From positions 90-64,089 of the forward strand of contig VGLJ01000023.1 in NCBI GenBank assembly GCA_016866775.1: 64,000 nt of DNA. The letters are read 5' to 3'. The translations under genes and the position numbers were made by a program. The number at the start of each line of letters is the position of its first letter. The stretch's first letter is position 1. This stretch comes from Candidatus Rokuibacteriota bacterium. GTDB lineage: Bacteria > Methylomirabilota > Methylomirabilia > Rokubacteriales > CSP1-6. This document shows positions 30,700-45,600 of the stretch, one piece after another. The notes beneath the pieces are model-generated. The model was not told where the DNA came from and did no database searches. It was given only the letters and a program-made list of their open reading frames with translations.

Positions 30700-32330
30700 G
30701 GCGCGGCCTCCAGGGTGGCGGTCACGGAGCGTTGCTCACCGTTGCGCACGAACACGACGTCGACGCGCTCGCCCACACGCCGGTCGCGGATCGCCGCGCG
30801 CAGGTCCTCGAAGCTCATCAGCGGCGCGCCGCCGAGGCGGATGACGACGTCGCCCTCGCGCAGGCCCGCGCGGTCGGCCGCGGAGCCCGGCACGATCGAC
30901 ACGAGGCGCGCGCCGTCACCGCTCGCGTCACCCTGCACGCCGAGATACGCGCCGCCGGAACCGCCACGGCTCCGCCGCGCGGGCGGCGCGACCGTCGCGT
31001 ACGCCGGGCGGGGTCCGGCGGCCAGGCGCTCCACGATCTGCGCGCTGGCGGCGGCGACGCGCGCCATGCCCGCGATCTCGAGCTTGTCCGGCGTGTCGGT
31101 GGGCCGGTGGTAGTCGGGATGCCGCCCGGTGTGGAGGAACACCACCGGCACGCCCGCGCGATAGAACCGCACATGATCGGACGGCCCGAACGGCGACTCG
31201 CGCATCGTGAGCTTGAGCCCGCTCGCTCGCGCGGCGGCCGTGACGATGTCGCGCAGCCCCGCGCCGCTGTCGATGCCCCCGACGGCGAGCTGGTCGTCAC
31301 GCAGCCGCCCGACCATGTCGAAGTTGATCATGGCGATCGTGCGGCCGAGCGGTCGCGCCGGATGCTTGACGTAGTGCCCGGACCCGATCAGCCCGAGCTC
31401 TTCGGCGCCGAAGGACGCGAACACGAGCGTGCGTGGCGCGCCGCCCGCGGCGGCGAACGCCCGCGCGAGGCCGATCAGCACCGCGGTGCCCGACGCGTTG
31501 TCGTCCGCACCCGGGTGCACGGCGCCGTCGACGCGGCCGACGTGATCGTAGTGCGCGCCGATGATGACGGTCTCGTCCGCGAGCGCGGGGTCACGCCCGG
31601 GCACGAAGCCGATCACGTTCGCGCCGCGCACCTCCACGCGCTCGAGCGCAATGCGCAGGCGCGCGCGCCGTCCCTTCAACGCGTCCGCGACCGCGGGCCG
31701 CACGGACGCGGACGGGATCGGCGACGCCGCGGGCGCGGCGCTCAGCTCGGGGAGCCTGTCCTCGACCAGCAGCAGCGCCTGCGCGCCGTGCGCGCGCGCG
31801 GCCGCGAGCTTTTCCACGCGCGTGACGCGTCGTCCGAGCTGCGCGGGCGCGCCGGCGAGCGCGAGCGCGATGCGGCCGCGCGCGTCGAGGCCCGCGTAGT
31901 CGTCGTGCCGTTCGTCCTGCGCGCTGACGCCGTGCCCCACGAAGACCACTTCCGCCTCGACCTCTCCATCCGCAGACCCGCCGTGCGGCATCCAGTCCTT
32001 ACGATCGACCGGTGCGGCGCCCACGACCCCGAGCGCACTCGAGGGCGCAACCTGGGTGCCCATCGAGATCACGAAGGATTGAAAGAACGACCCTCCGTCG
32101 CCACCCGGGCGCAGCCCGGCGGCGCGCAGCCAGTCGGCAACCAGCGCGGCGGCGCGGTCGCCGCCCGGCGTGCCGGACCGGCGGCCCTCCATCTCGGGCG
32201 CGGTGAGCGCGGCGACGGCCTCGGCGAGCGCGCTCTCGGACGGTGGAACGAGCGCACGCTCGGCGGCACCGACGACGGTGCCGACGAGGAGGAACGCGAG
32301 GAGGACGCTGGAAATGAGGCGACGGCGCAC
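30696..32330 (-). CDS. M28 family metallopeptidase with C-terminal PDZ domain
   Basis: Has a signal peptide, M28 motifs (GAHYDHVG, GADDNASGTAVL, FGAEELGLIGS) and a PDZ-like tail (IVPGSAADRAGLREGDVVIRLGG). Confidence 0.8.
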   Translation of the reverse strand: MRRRLISSVLLAFLLVGTVVGAAERALVPPSESALAEAVAALTAPEMEGRRSGTPGGDRAAALVADWLRAAGLRPGGDGGSFFQSFVISMGTQVAPSSALGVVGAAPVDRKDWMPHGGSADGEVEAEVVFVGHGVSAQDERHDDYAGLDARGRIALALAGAPAQLGRRVTRVEKLAAARAHGAQALLLVEDRLPELSAAPAASPIPSASVRPAVADALKGRRARLRIALERVEVRGANVIGFVPGRDPALADETVIIGAHYDHVGRVDGAVHPGADDNASGTAVLIGLARAFAAAGGAPRTLVFASFGAEELGLIGSGHYVKHPARPLGRTIAMINFDMVGRLRDDQLAVGGIDSGAGLRDIVTAAARASGLKLTMRESPFGPSDHVRFYRAGVPVVFLHTGRHPDYHRPTDTPDKLEIAGMARVAAASAQIVERLAAGPRPAYATVAPPARRSRGGSGGAYLGVQGDASGDGARLVSIVPGSAADRAGLREGDVVIRLGGAPLMSFEDLRAAIRDRRVGERVDVVFVRNGEQRSVTATLEAAP

Positions 32331-32355
32331 GAGCGCGATTCTACCTGAACCGCGA

Positions 32356-32826
32356 CTACCGGACGCTCACGACGCGGCCGCCCGTCATGCACACCAGCTC
32401 GTCCGGGGTGAGCCGGAAGACCGTGTGCGAATGCCCGGCGGCGGCCCAGATCTCGGGCCACTTGAAGAGCGCTTCGTCGATCAGGATCGCGGCGGGATGG
32501 ACCGAATGGCCGAGCGGCGCGACGCCGCCGATGGCGAAGCCGGTCTTCGCGCGGACGAAGTCCGCGTCGGCCTTGTCGATCGGCTCGCCGAGCGCCTGCT
32601 CGACGCGCGCGACGTCCACGCGGCGGCCGCCGCTCGCCATCACGAGGACGGCGCCGTCGCGCGCCGGCGCGCGGAAGATCAGCGAGTTCGCGATCTGCTC
32701 GACGCGGCAGCCCAGGAGGCGCGCGGCGTCAGCGGCGGTGCGCGCGGGCTCCGTGAACTCGACGATCGCGTGGTCGCCGCCGAAGGCGCGCAGCGCTTCG
32801 CGGACGCGGGTGACGGAGTCGTTCAC
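32356..32826 (-). CDS. YbaK/EbsC-type aminoacyl-tRNA deacylase domain protein
   Basis: GTG start at 32826. Has IANSLIF..., GGRRVD...FAIGGVAPLGH. About 156 aa. Confidence 0.65.
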   Translation of the reverse strand: MNDSVTRVREALRAFGGDHAIVEFTEPARTAADAARLLGCRVEQIANSLIFRAPARDGAVLVMASGGRRVDVARVEQALGEPIDKADADFVRAKTGFAIGGVAPLGHSVHPAAILIDEALFKWPEIWAAAGHSHTVFRLTPDELVCMTGGRVVSVR

Positions 32827-33521
32827 CGCGGCATCGTGATCCGGTCGAACGACTCCGCGTACGCGTAGCCGTTCGGGCGGCCGATCTCGGCGGCGCGCTC
32901 GCGGATCCGCGCCTCGACACCGGCGAAGTCGCCGACCTGGCTCACGTGGCAGGCGAGGGCCTTGAGCTTCAGATCCATCACGTCGGTGATGTCGACGACC
33001 AGGTGCGGGTTCTCCCACTGCATCACGTAGATCTCGCGGACCTTGTGCGGCTCGTGCTCCGGCATCAGCTCCGGGAACGACATGTGGTCGCGGGCGAGCG
33101 GATAGATGCAGTCGAGCGCGGCGCCGGCGACGATCCGGTGATCGCGGTGCGACGCGTAGAGGTTGTACGTCCGGTGCGGGCTCATCGTGATCACGAGGTC
33201 GGGGCGCCAGCGGCGGATCTCGCGGGTGATGTCGAGCCGGAACGCGCGCGTGTCCTCGAGCTCGCAGTCCGGATAGCCGAGAAAGTGAACGCGCGCGACG
33301 CCGAGCGCGCGCGCGGCGTTGCGCTGTTCCTCCGCCCGGATCTGCGCGAGGCGCTCGGGGGTCATGGTGCGATCCCCCGAGCCCTTGTTGCCGTTGGTCG
33401 CGATGACGTAGCTGACCTCGCGTCCGTCCTTCACCATGCGCGCCACCGTGCCCCCGGCGCCGAACTCGGAGTCGTCGGGATGCGCGGTGATCACCATCAC
33501 CTTGTCGATCGTCTCGGACAT
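32823..33521 (-). CDS. PIG-L/LmbE family deacetylase
   Basis: GGAGGG ribosome-binding site plus ATG at 33521. Has VITAHPDDSEFGAGG (zinc-binding motif) and HRDH. Confidence 0.8.
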   Translation of the reverse strand: MSETIDKVMVITAHPDDSEFGAGGTVARMVKDGREVSYVIATNGNKGSGDRTMTPERLAQIRAEEQRNAARALGVARVHFLGYPDCELEDTRAFRLDITREIRRWRPDLVITMSPHRTYNLYASHRDHRIVAGAALDCIYPLARDHMSFPELMPEHEPHKVREIYVMQWENPHLVVDITDVMDLKLKALACHVSQVGDFAGVEARIRERAAEIGRPNGYAYAESFDRITMPR

Positions 33522-33591
33522 GGGCCCTCCGAAGGAGCAGCTTACCAATAAGATGCGGGGTTCCTCGAGGGCGGTTGCTATATTTCTTGAC

Positions 33592-33822
33592 GTGTCGCAA
33601 ACAGACGGGCGTGCCGCAGGCGCGACTGCAGTCGTGACGGTTCTGGTGATGCTCGCGGGGGGCGTGGCCCTGAGCATCACCCCCTTCGAAATCGGCACGA
33701 TCCGCCTCGCCGGCGTCGGCCTGTTGTGGTGGTACGGGCTCGTCGCCGCGCCGGCCGTCGCGGTGGCGGTGACCGCCGCGGCGCTCGCGTGGGGCGCCCG
33801 CGCGCCCGACACGCCCGAGTAG
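33592..33822 (+). CDS. Small hydrophobic ORF, possibly the displaced N-terminus of the next gene
   Basis: GTG start. Two predicted transmembrane segments. It overlaps the start region of the 33726 ORF in another frame. It could be a separate gene or the result of a frameshift. Confidence 0.25.
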   Translation: MSQTDGRAAGATAVVTVLVMLAGGVALSITPFEIGTIRLAGVGLLWWYGLVAAPAVAVAVTAAALAWGARAPDTPE

Positions 33823-35342
33823 CCGCGATCGCTCCGCTGGTTGCGATCGGGTCGTGGTTGAGCCCGGTCGTCCTCGCCGTGCTCGCCGCGCGCGCCGTCG
33901 CGGGCGACCCGCAGTTTCCGCTGCTCGCGGCGAGCATCGCATCCGCGGCGGTCGTCGGTCTGCTCGCGCCGCCCGCGAGCGCACGGCCGCTGGCGCCCGT
34001 CGCGGCGCTCGCGCTGCTCGCCGCGCTCATGCTCGTCCTCGCCGCCGAGCTGGTCGTGATGGCCGATCTCGCGCGATCGCTGGGGCTCACGCGCTTCCAC
34101 GGCCTGGTCGCGGCCGCGGTGCTCGCGCTCGGCGTGGCGGCGGTGCCGTTCGGCGATCGGTGGTGGAGACTCGCCGCGCCCGTCGGAGCGCTCGTCGTGC
34201 TGGTACCGCTCGCGCTCGTGATCGCGTCGGTGGGACCACCATGGATCGTCTGGCGCGACGTCGCCTCGCGGCCGGCGTTGACCTTCGACGAACACAGCGC
34301 GTGGGTGACGCACGGCCGCGCGCTTCCCGAGGGCACGCGGCTGACGTTCGACGAGCCGCATCGCGTGACCGCCGCGACCGCGGCGACGTGGCGCGTCGTC
34401 GAGCGCGACCCCGTGGGCCGCGGTGACGCGCAGCCCGTCCGCATCGTCGTCCGCGAGTGGCGCCTCAATCCCGGTGACGCGCTGACCGTGCGTCCGGGCG
34501 ATCAGCTCAGCGTCGAGCCCGAGGCGCGCGTGCGGTTCGAAGCCGGACGCCGTGTCCCCGGCGCGCCGGCATCGGGTATCTCGTGGGCCGACGGCGGGCG
34601 CCGGCGCATCCGCGACATCCTCGTGGCGGTCGGCGGCACGGCCGTGACGCTCGTCGGCGGCGGGCTCGCGCTCGTTGCTCCAGCGCCGATGCGTGGTGCG
34701 ACGGTCGCGATCGCGCTGACGCCCGCGCTGATCGTCGCGTTCGTCCTTGGTGCGACGCTGTGGGGACTGTATGGGATCGCGCTGGCGCCGGAGCTGTCGC
34801 TCGTTCCGCGCGCGCTGGCGCCCGTGCTGGAGGTGGTCCAGCGCGTCGACACGCCCTCGTGGCGCGCGGCGCTCGCGGGCCTGGTCACGACCGCGCTCGT
34901 CGTCCTCTTTCTGGGCGTCGTCTTCGCGTGGCGCGTGCGTGCGGGCGCCACGCTCGCCGGCCTCGCCGTCGCGTTCAGGCGGCCTTCGATGTCGACGGCG
35001 GCCACGGCGGGAGGGACGGCGGCGGTCGTCGTCCTCGCCGCCGCTGTGGCGTGGATGCGCGGCGATCCCTGGCAGCTCTTCACCTGGGGCCTCGGGCTCG
35101 CGGCCTCGGCCGTCGTCGCTCCTCGGCTGGCCGCCGCCGGCCCGCGCGCGGAACTCGTCGGAATGGCGGTGGGAACCGGCGCCTTCGCCGCCGCGGCCCT
35201 CTGGATCCCGCACCCCGCGCTGGTTGCGGCCCCGCTCGCCTGGCTGGCGGGATCCTGTACATGGGGGGAGCGAGACGCTTCCCCCAAGCCCCCCTACGCG
35301 CCGGGCGTCGGCGAAGCCGCCGCCCGCCACGAGCGCCGCTGA
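33726..35342 (+). CDS. Polytopic membrane protein of unknown function
   Basis: Multiple Ala/Leu/Val-rich helices flank a soluble central segment (about 34250-34570). The start is uncertain. The last roughly 25 codons are encoded by repeat family 1 copy B. Confidence 0.45.
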   Translation: MVVRARRRAGRRGGGDRRGARVGRPRARHARVAAIAPLVAIGSWLSPVVLAVLAARAVAGDPQFPLLAASIASAAVVGLLAPPASARPLAPVAALALLAALMLVLAAELVVMADLARSLGLTRFHGLVAAAVLALGVAAVPFGDRWWRLAAPVGALVVLVPLALVIASVGPPWIVWRDVASRPALTFDEHSAWVTHGRALPEGTRLTFDEPHRVTAATAATWRVVERDPVGRGDAQPVRIVVREWRLNPGDALTVRPGDQLSVEPEARVRFEAGRRVPGAPASGISWADGGRRRIRDILVAVGGTAVTLVGGGLALVAPAPMRGATVAIALTPALIVAFVLGATLWGLYGIALAPELSLVPRALAPVLEVVQRVDTPSWRAALAGLVTTALVVLFLGVVFAWRVRAGATLAGLAVAFRRPSMSTAATAGGTAAVVVLAAAVAWMRGDPWQLFTWGLGLAASAVVAPRLAAAGPRAELVGMAVGTGAFAAAALWIPHPALVAAPLAWLAGSCTWGERDASPKPPYAPGVGEAAARHERR

Positions 35343-35374
35343 TCCCCGCCCCCTTGGGGACGTCTCGTACCCCC
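35263..35374. repeat. GC-rich hairpin repeat, family 1, copy B, with imperfect terminal inverted repeats
   Basis: The left end GGGGGAGCGAGACGCTTCCCCCAAG pairs imperfectly with the right end CTTGGGGACGTCTCGTACCCCC. It contains the same 19-nt core as copy A (35281-35299) and an analogous second hairpin. Confidence 0.55.
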
Positions 35375-35395
35375 TCTGTGGGAAAATCGGCTGGT

Positions 35396-38194
<2,799 letters not shown>

Positions 38195-38199
38195 CCGGT

Positions 38200-39630
38200 A
38201 TGCGGCGAACGAAGATCGTGTGCACGATCGGCCCGGCCTCCTCGTCGCCCGAGGAGCTCGATCGCCTCGTCAAGGCCGGCATGGACGTCGCGCGGCTCAA
38301 CTTCTCGCACGGCTCGCACGCCGAGCACGCGGAAGTCGTGCGGCGCATCCGCGAGGGCGAGGCGCGCTGGCAGCACCCCGTCGCGATCCTGCAGGACCTG
38401 CAGGGGCCGAAGATCCGCCTCGGCACGTTCGGACCGGGCGGCGGCATGCGCATCGATCTCGAGCGGGGCGCGACGTTCTTCCTGAGCGCGAAGCCCATCG
38501 TGGGCACGGCGGAGCGCAGCTCGGTGAGTCATCCGGACTATCTCGCCGAGTTGAAGCCCGGCGACGAGATCTGGATGGACGACGGGATGATCCAGCTCAA
38601 GGTGGAAGAGGCGACGGCCGCGGGCGTGCGGTGTCACGTCGTCGCGGGCGGCCGGATCAGCGATCACAAGGGCATCTCGTTCCCCCACGTGCCGCTGCCG
38701 GTGTCGTGTCTCACCGACAAGGATCGCGAGGACCTCCGCTTCGGGATCCAGCAGGGCATCGACTTCGTCGCGGTGTCGTTCGTGCGCTCGGCCGCCGACA
38801 TCGCCGAGGTGCGCAAGTTCCTCCACGAGCAGAGCGCCGAGCTGCCGATCGTCGCCAAGCTCGAGCGGCAGGAGGCCATGGCGAACCTGCCGGGCATCCT
38901 CACGATGGTCGACGCCGTCATGGTCGCGCGGGGCGACCTCGGCGTGGACGTGCCGCTGGAGGACGTGCCGCACATCCAGAAGGAGATCATCCGCCAGGCG
39001 CGCCTCGCGAAGGTGCCGGTCATCGTCGCCACGCAGATGCTCGAGTCGATGGTCACGCACCTGCGCCCCACGCGCGCGGAAGTCTCCGACGTCACCACCG
39101 CCGTCTTCGACGGCGCCGACGCGATCATGCTCTCCGCCGAGTCCGCGACCGGGCGCTATCCCGTGGAGGCCGTCGAGGTCATGGCGCGCATCGCCGAGCG
39201 CGCCGAGCAGGCCACGCTCCGCATGGAGGCGCCTCGCAAGCAGCCCGACGGCGCCGTGGGCTTTCCGGAGGCCATCTCCGACGCCGCCACCACCGCGGCG
39301 CGCGTGCTGAAGGCGCGCGCGATCGTCGCGTTCACCCAGTCGGGGTTCTCCGCGCGGCTGATCTCGCAGGAGCGTCCGGACGTGCCGATCATCGCGCTCA
39401 CGCCGTTCGCCCGGGTGCAGCGCCGCCTCGGGCTCTCGTGGGGCGTGTCGTCGCGGCTGGTCCGCAAGGTGGAGACGACCGACGAGATGATCGAGGAGAT
39501 CGAGGCGACGCTCCTCGGCGACGGGTTCGTGCGGGTCAACGACACGATCGTGATCATCTCGGGCTCGCCGATGTGGGTCACCGGCACGACGAACCTCCTG
39601 AAGCTCCACCGCGTAGGCGAACGCCGCTGA
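38200..39630 (+). CDS. pyk: Pyruvate kinase
   Basis: Has MRRTKIVCTIGPAS...ARLNFSHG...MVARGDLGVD...ATQMLESM. Confidence 0.9.
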   Translation: MRRTKIVCTIGPASSSPEELDRLVKAGMDVARLNFSHGSHAEHAEVVRRIREGEARWQHPVAILQDLQGPKIRLGTFGPGGGMRIDLERGATFFLSAKPIVGTAERSSVSHPDYLAELKPGDEIWMDDGMIQLKVEEATAAGVRCHVVAGGRISDHKGISFPHVPLPVSCLTDKDREDLRFGIQQGIDFVAVSFVRSAADIAEVRKFLHEQSAELPIVAKLERQEAMANLPGILTMVDAVMVARGDLGVDVPLEDVPHIQKEIIRQARLAKVPVIVATQMLESMVTHLRPTRAEVSDVTTAVFDGADAIMLSAESATGRYPVEAVEVMARIAERAEQATLRMEAPRKQPDGAVGFPEAISDAATTAARVLKARAIVAFTQSGFSARLISQERPDVPIIALTPFARVQRRLGLSWGVSSRLVRKVETTDEMIEEIEATLLGDGFVRVNDTIVIISGSPMWVTGTTNLLKLHRVGERR

Positions 39631-42600
39631 GCCGGAAGCCGGGCCGCCGCAACGGCACGAGGGTCGAGCGCACGCCGCGTGTCCCGAAGCCGGCGAGTGC
39701 GATCGAATCTCTGTACGCCGCCGCGCGGATCATCGGCAGCGCCGAAAATCTGACCGTCATCGCCGAGCGGACGCTCGAGGTCATCCAGACCACGACGCAG
39801 ATGGACGCCGGCACGATGTTCCGCTTCGACCGGGCGAGCGACACGCTGCGTCTCATCGCCTACCGCGGCCTCCATCCCGATCACGTGGACGCGCTGCGGG
39901 TGCGCCCCGTCGAAGACAGCGCGCTGCGTGAGGCGGTCCGCACCGCGCGGTCCACCGTGGTCCCGCTGCACGAGACGGTCATCGGCGGCGCGCGGATGCG
40001 CGAGGTCATCGACGAGGCCGGCTACCGGACGCTGCTCGCGCTGCCGATCCCCGTGGCCGGCGAGACCTGGGGCGTGATGTCGCTGGTCTCGCGCGAGACC
40101 CGCGAGTTCGACGCGGACATCCTGCGCTTGCTCGAAGCCGTCGCCCACCAGGTCGGCCTCGCGGTGGCGCGCGCCGGGCTCTACACGGAGGAGCGCGCGC
40201 GTCGCGCGCAGCTCGCCGCGCTGCTCGACATCAACACCAAGATCGGCGCGATGGCGCCGACCGATGCGCTCCTCTCGTCGATCGCCGAGGAGGCGGCGCG
40301 CCTGCTCGACGTCGACAACGCGGGCTTCCGCGTCCTCGACGGCGACGAGCTCGTCCTCGCGGGCGTGGCCGGGAGCGCCGGCGAGACGATGCTGAAGCCG
40401 CGCATCAAGGTCGGCGAGAGCTTCAGCGGCAAGGTCGTCGCCACGGGTCGGGCCATGCGCGGCGAGGTCAGCGACGTCGCCGACATCGTGCCCGAGCACG
40501 TCACCGCCCAGCGCCGCCTGGGCTACACGCACATCCTCGGCGTGCCGCTGCGCCTCGGGAACCGGACGATCGGCGCGCTCGCGTTCCGCGCGCGGCGGCC
40601 GTTCACCGACCTCGAGCAGGAGCTCGCGGAGGCGTTCGCCGGCCAGGCCGCCGTCGCCATCGAGCACTCGCGGCTGTTCCACGAGGCCACGCGCCGCGGC
40701 CGCGAAGCGGGGGAGCTGGCGAAGCTCGCCGGGACCCTGACGCAGACGCTGAAGCTCGAGGACGTGGCCGAGCGCATCGTCGAGGCGCTGGTGCCTCTCT
40801 TCGGCGTGCGCGCGGCCAACCTGCGCCTCCTCGACCCCGACGGGTCGCTCGTGGTCATCGCGCGCGACGACAGCGCGAACGCGCTCTCGCCGCGCGGCGA
40901 CGAGGTGCCGCCGGGCTTCGGGGTCTCGAGCCGGATCATGCGCACCGGACGTCCGTATCGCACCAGGGACGTCTTCGCCGATCCCGAGATCCGCATCCCC
41001 GACGGCCTGCGCGAGCGCATCACCGCGAGCGGCGATCGCGCGTACCTCGCGGTCCCGCTGCGCGCGAAGGACCGGACGATCGGCATCGTGCTCGTCAGCG
41101 ATCGTGAGGGGCGCCGGTTCACCGACGCCGAGACCACGCTGCTCCAGAGCTTCGCGGACCAGGCCGCCCTCGCGCTCGAGAACGCGCGGCTCTACGAGGA
41201 AACCGAGCGCCGGCGGCGCGAAGCCGAAGTCATCGCCGAGATCGCCCGCGGCCTCAACGAGGCCCTCGATCTCGACACGGTGCTCCAGCGGGTCATCACC
41301 GCGATGCGCGAGCTGTGCGCCTCCGACGCGGCGCTCATCGCGCTGCGTGAGCCCGGCCGCGAGGACATGCGGCTCCGCCACGCCGTCGGCAGGGAAGTGC
41401 CCGCGGCCGCGTGGGCGACGCGGTTCGAGCCGGGCAAGGGCCTGGGCGGGATCGTGATGCAGACGGGCCGGCCGATGCGAACGGACGACTGGCTCGCCGA
41501 TCCGAGGTTCAGCAAGGAGTACGCGGGCCTGATGCGCGAGAAGGGCGTCGTCGCGGAGATGGCCGTGCCGATCCTCACCGGCGGCCGCGTCGAGGGGCTC
41601 GTCTACGTCCAGAACTTCACGGCCCGGCCCTTCACCGATCGCGACGAGACCGTCCTCATGCAGCTCGCGCATCACGCGGCGGTCGCCGTCAGCAACGCGA
41701 GCCTCTACGCCGCCGCCGGCGACCGGACCGCGCGCCTCAGGACGCTGAACCGCCTCAACCGCCTCGTGTCCTCGTCGCTGGACACGCGAGACGTCCTGGC
41801 CGAAGTCGCGCGCGCCGCGGGCGAGTTCATGAACGCGGCGATGGTCGTGTTCTGGCTCGCGGACGACGCCACGCGCACGCTCAGCGCGGCCGCCGTCTCC
41901 GATCCGGTCCTCGGCGCGCACTTCATGACCCAGACGCTCCGCTACGGCGAGGGCGCGGCCGGCAGTCGGCCGAGCAGCGCGTCCAGATCAACGTGCCCGA
42001 CGTCTTCGCGCCCGACTCGCCGGTCGGCAACCGCGAATGGCTGCGCGATCACGAGATCCGCAGCCTCTTCGCCGTACCGGTCGTCCACAACGACGCGGTG
42101 CTCGCCGTGGTGACGCTCACGAGCCGCGAGCCGTTCCGGCTGGGCCCCGACGACCACGAGCTGCTCGAGAGCTTCCTCACGCAAGCGTCCGCGGCCATCC
42201 GCAACGCCGCGCTCTACACCGAGACGGACCGCCGCCGCCGCGAGGCCGAGGTCCTCGCCGAGGTCGCCGGCTCGATCAACGCCTCGCTCGATCTCGCCAC
42301 GGTGCTCGAGCGCGTGAGCGCGGGCGCGCGCGACCTCTGCGCCAGCGACGTGGCGCGCATTCTCCTCCGCGAGCACGGGTCGGCGGAAGCGCTGACCCGC
42401 GCGAGCGTCGGGCACCGATCGCACGCGCTCGAGACGCTGCGGATCGAGCCGGGCAAGGGCGTGAGCGGCGTGGCGCTCGTCACCGGCCGGCCGTTCCGCA
42501 CCGCGAACTATCGCGATGATCCGCGCATCGAGCGGACGTACCAGACCGTCGTCGACGTGGAGGGGATCGTCGCCACGATGGCCGTGCCCATCGTCATCGA

Positions 42601-45600
42601 CGGCCGGGTCGAGGGCGTGCTCCAGACCGACAACCGGACGCTCCGCAGCTTCTCCGACCAGGACGAGGCGGTGCTCACGCGCCTCGCCGACCACGCGGCC
42701 ATCGCCATCCGCAACGCGCGGCTCTACCGCGAGACCAGCGAGTTCGCCGAGCGGCTGCGCGCGCTCGACGAGGTCAACCGCCTGGTCTCGTCGTCGCTGA
42801 ACCCGGACGAAGTGCTGCAGAACATCGCCGCGGCCGCGGCGCGCTTCTTCGACGCGCCGTGGGTGAGCATGTGGGTGGTGGACGAGGCTCACCGCCGCGT
42901 CGTCCGGTCGTTCGTCCTCGGCGGTGGCGACCTCGCCGCTCAGCTCCCCAGCGAGATGCCGATCGGCGAGGGGAGCGTGGGCTGGGTGGCCGCGCACCGC
43001 GAGCCGCTCTTCTGGACGGGCAACGAGGACGCCCGCATCGTGCCGAGCCTGGGCGAGAAGTTCCAGGCGCACGGCCTGCGCTTCCGGCTCGTCTACCCGA
43101 TCATCATCGGCGAGCGCGTGCTGGGCGTCTTCGCGGTCAACCGCGCGACGGCAGTGACCGTCACGCCCGAGACGGAAGCACTCCTGCGCTCGCTCGCCGC
43201 GCAGGCGGCGCTGGCGCTCGATCACGCGCGCCTCTTCTCGGAGACCACGCGCCGGCTCGACGAGACGCGCGCGCTGCTCGACGGGGCGGAGATCCTGAAC
43301 TCGACGCTCGACATCCGGCAGCTCCTCAAGCGCGTGGCCATTCGCATCGCGCAGATCTGCCGCGTGGATCGCTGCTCCATGCATCGCTGGGACGGTGCCC
43401 GCATGTCGCCGCTCATGTCGCAGTTCGCGGACGGCCGCCCGCGGCCGGAGATGTGGGCGCGCTACGAGAGCCGCACGCCGTGGAGCGGGGGGCAGATGCC
43501 GGGCCATCAGCGCGTGATCGACACGCGCCGGCCCGTGGTGGTTCACGACACGCGCGAGACCGATCTGCTCCCCTCGGAGTGGGTCGAGCGGTTCAGCATC
43601 AAGTCCTGGATGGCCGTGCCGCTCGTGCGCCAGGACAAGGTGATCGGCCTTCTCAGCCTCGACTACAGCGAGCGCGCCACGCGGTTCGAGGACTGGCAGA
43701 GCGACCTCGCGATGACGATCGCGGGCCCGCTCGCGCTGTCGCTGGAGAACATCCGGCTCTACGCCGAGGTGCAGGAGCGCCTGCGCGAGACGCAGACGCT
43801 GCTCGCCGTGGCCGAGACGCTCTCGCAGCCGGGCACGCCCGAGGAGGTCATGCGGCGCGTGGCGCGCGAGCTCGGGCGCGCGACGACGGCCGACACGGTG
43901 GGCACGTGCTTCATGAACGAGGCGAAGGACGCGCTCGTCATGCTCGCCGGCTACCACGTCCCCGCCGACCTCGTCCCGCGGTTCAAGGGCCGCAGCCTGC
44001 AGATCGCGCGCTTCCCGTTCGTCGCCGACGCGCTCGCCATGGGCCGCGCGTTCTGGAGCGCCGATCCGCTGCACGATCCGCGGTTCGACCCGGCGTGGCT
44101 CGACGGCCTCCCGCCGCACTCCGTCCTCTTCGTGCCGACGCTCGCGCAGGGCCAGCCGATGGGCGGCCTCGTGCTGGTGTGGTGGGAGGCCGGACGCGCG
44201 TTCCCCGCCGCCGAGATCCCGCTCGTCGAAAGTGTGGCGACGCAGGTCGGTCTCGCGCTCGAGAACGCGGAGCTCACCCGCCGCACGCGGAGCAAGCTGC
44301 GCGAGACGGAGGCGCTGCTGTCCGTCAGCCGCGCGCTCGCGTCGACGCTGGATCTCGAGGCGATGCTGCGCCACTTCATGCGCGAGACCGCGCGCACGCT
44401 CGGCGTCGACACCATGGCGTTCTGGACGGTCGCGCCCGACGGCGAGTGGCTCGAGCCGTTCGCCGCCTACCACGTGCCGCAGGAGCGCCTCGCGCAGCTC
44501 CGCACGATCCGCGTATCGATGGTGAAGCACGGGTTCTACGCGGACGCGGTGCAGCGCCGGCGGCCCGCGGTCTCCGTCCTCGGCCAGGACGACCCCCGGC
44601 TGCCGGACTTCATGCGCACGCTGCCGCACAAGAGCCAGATCTTCGTCCCGATCGTGGCGAAGGAGCGCGTGATCGGCGCGCTCGCGGGCGTGTGGGGGCA
44701 CGCCGCGCGCGACGTGTCGGAGTCCGAGCTGGTGCTGCTCGAAGCGCTGGCGAGCCAGGTCGGCGTGGCCGTGGAGAACGCGCGCCTGTTCAGCGAGAAC
44801 CGGCGCCAGGTGCAGGAGCTCTCGGCCCTCTACGACCTCTCGCGCGCCGTGACGGGCGAGCTCGACCGCGCCGCGCTCGTCGAGGCCATCCACACGCACC
44901 TCGCGCGCGTGATGGACGTGCGGAACATGGTCGTGCTCGTGCGCGACGAGGATGTGGGCGACATCGTCGTCGCCCTCCGGATCATCGCCGGCGCCCGGAA
45001 CGACGATCCGCCGCATCGCTACACGCTGCACGGCATCGGGCTCATGCAGTTCGTCCTCGAGGAAGGCACGACACTCCGGACGGCGGACTACGCGGACGAG
45101 TGCGCGCGGCGCGGCGTGGAGCCGGTCGGCTACGGCCTGCGCTACACCCACTGGCTCGGGGTGCCCATGAAGGCGGGCGACCACGTGCTCGGCGCGATCG
45201 CCGTCCGCAACCTCGAGCGCGCGTACTCCGACGCCGACGAGCGGCTGCTCGGGAACGTCGCGGACCTCGCCGCGCTGGCGCTGCGCACCGCGCGTCTCTA
45301 CGAGGAGCGCGCGCGGGCGTTCGGCGAGCTGTCGGCCGCCCAGGACCAGCTCGTGCGCACGGAGAAGCTGCGCGCGCTCGGCGAGATGGCCTCGGGCGTC
45401 GCGCACGACTTCAACAACCTGCTCGCGTCGATCCTCGGCCGCGCGCAGCTCCTCCTGCAGCGGATCGAGGACCCGCGCCTGCGCAAGTGGCTGCAGGTGA
45501 TCGAGCGCTCGGCGCTCGACGGCGCGCAGACCGTGCGCCGGCTCCAGGAGTTCACGCGCATCCGCCGCGACCAGCCGTTCATCCCGGTCGATCTGAACCA

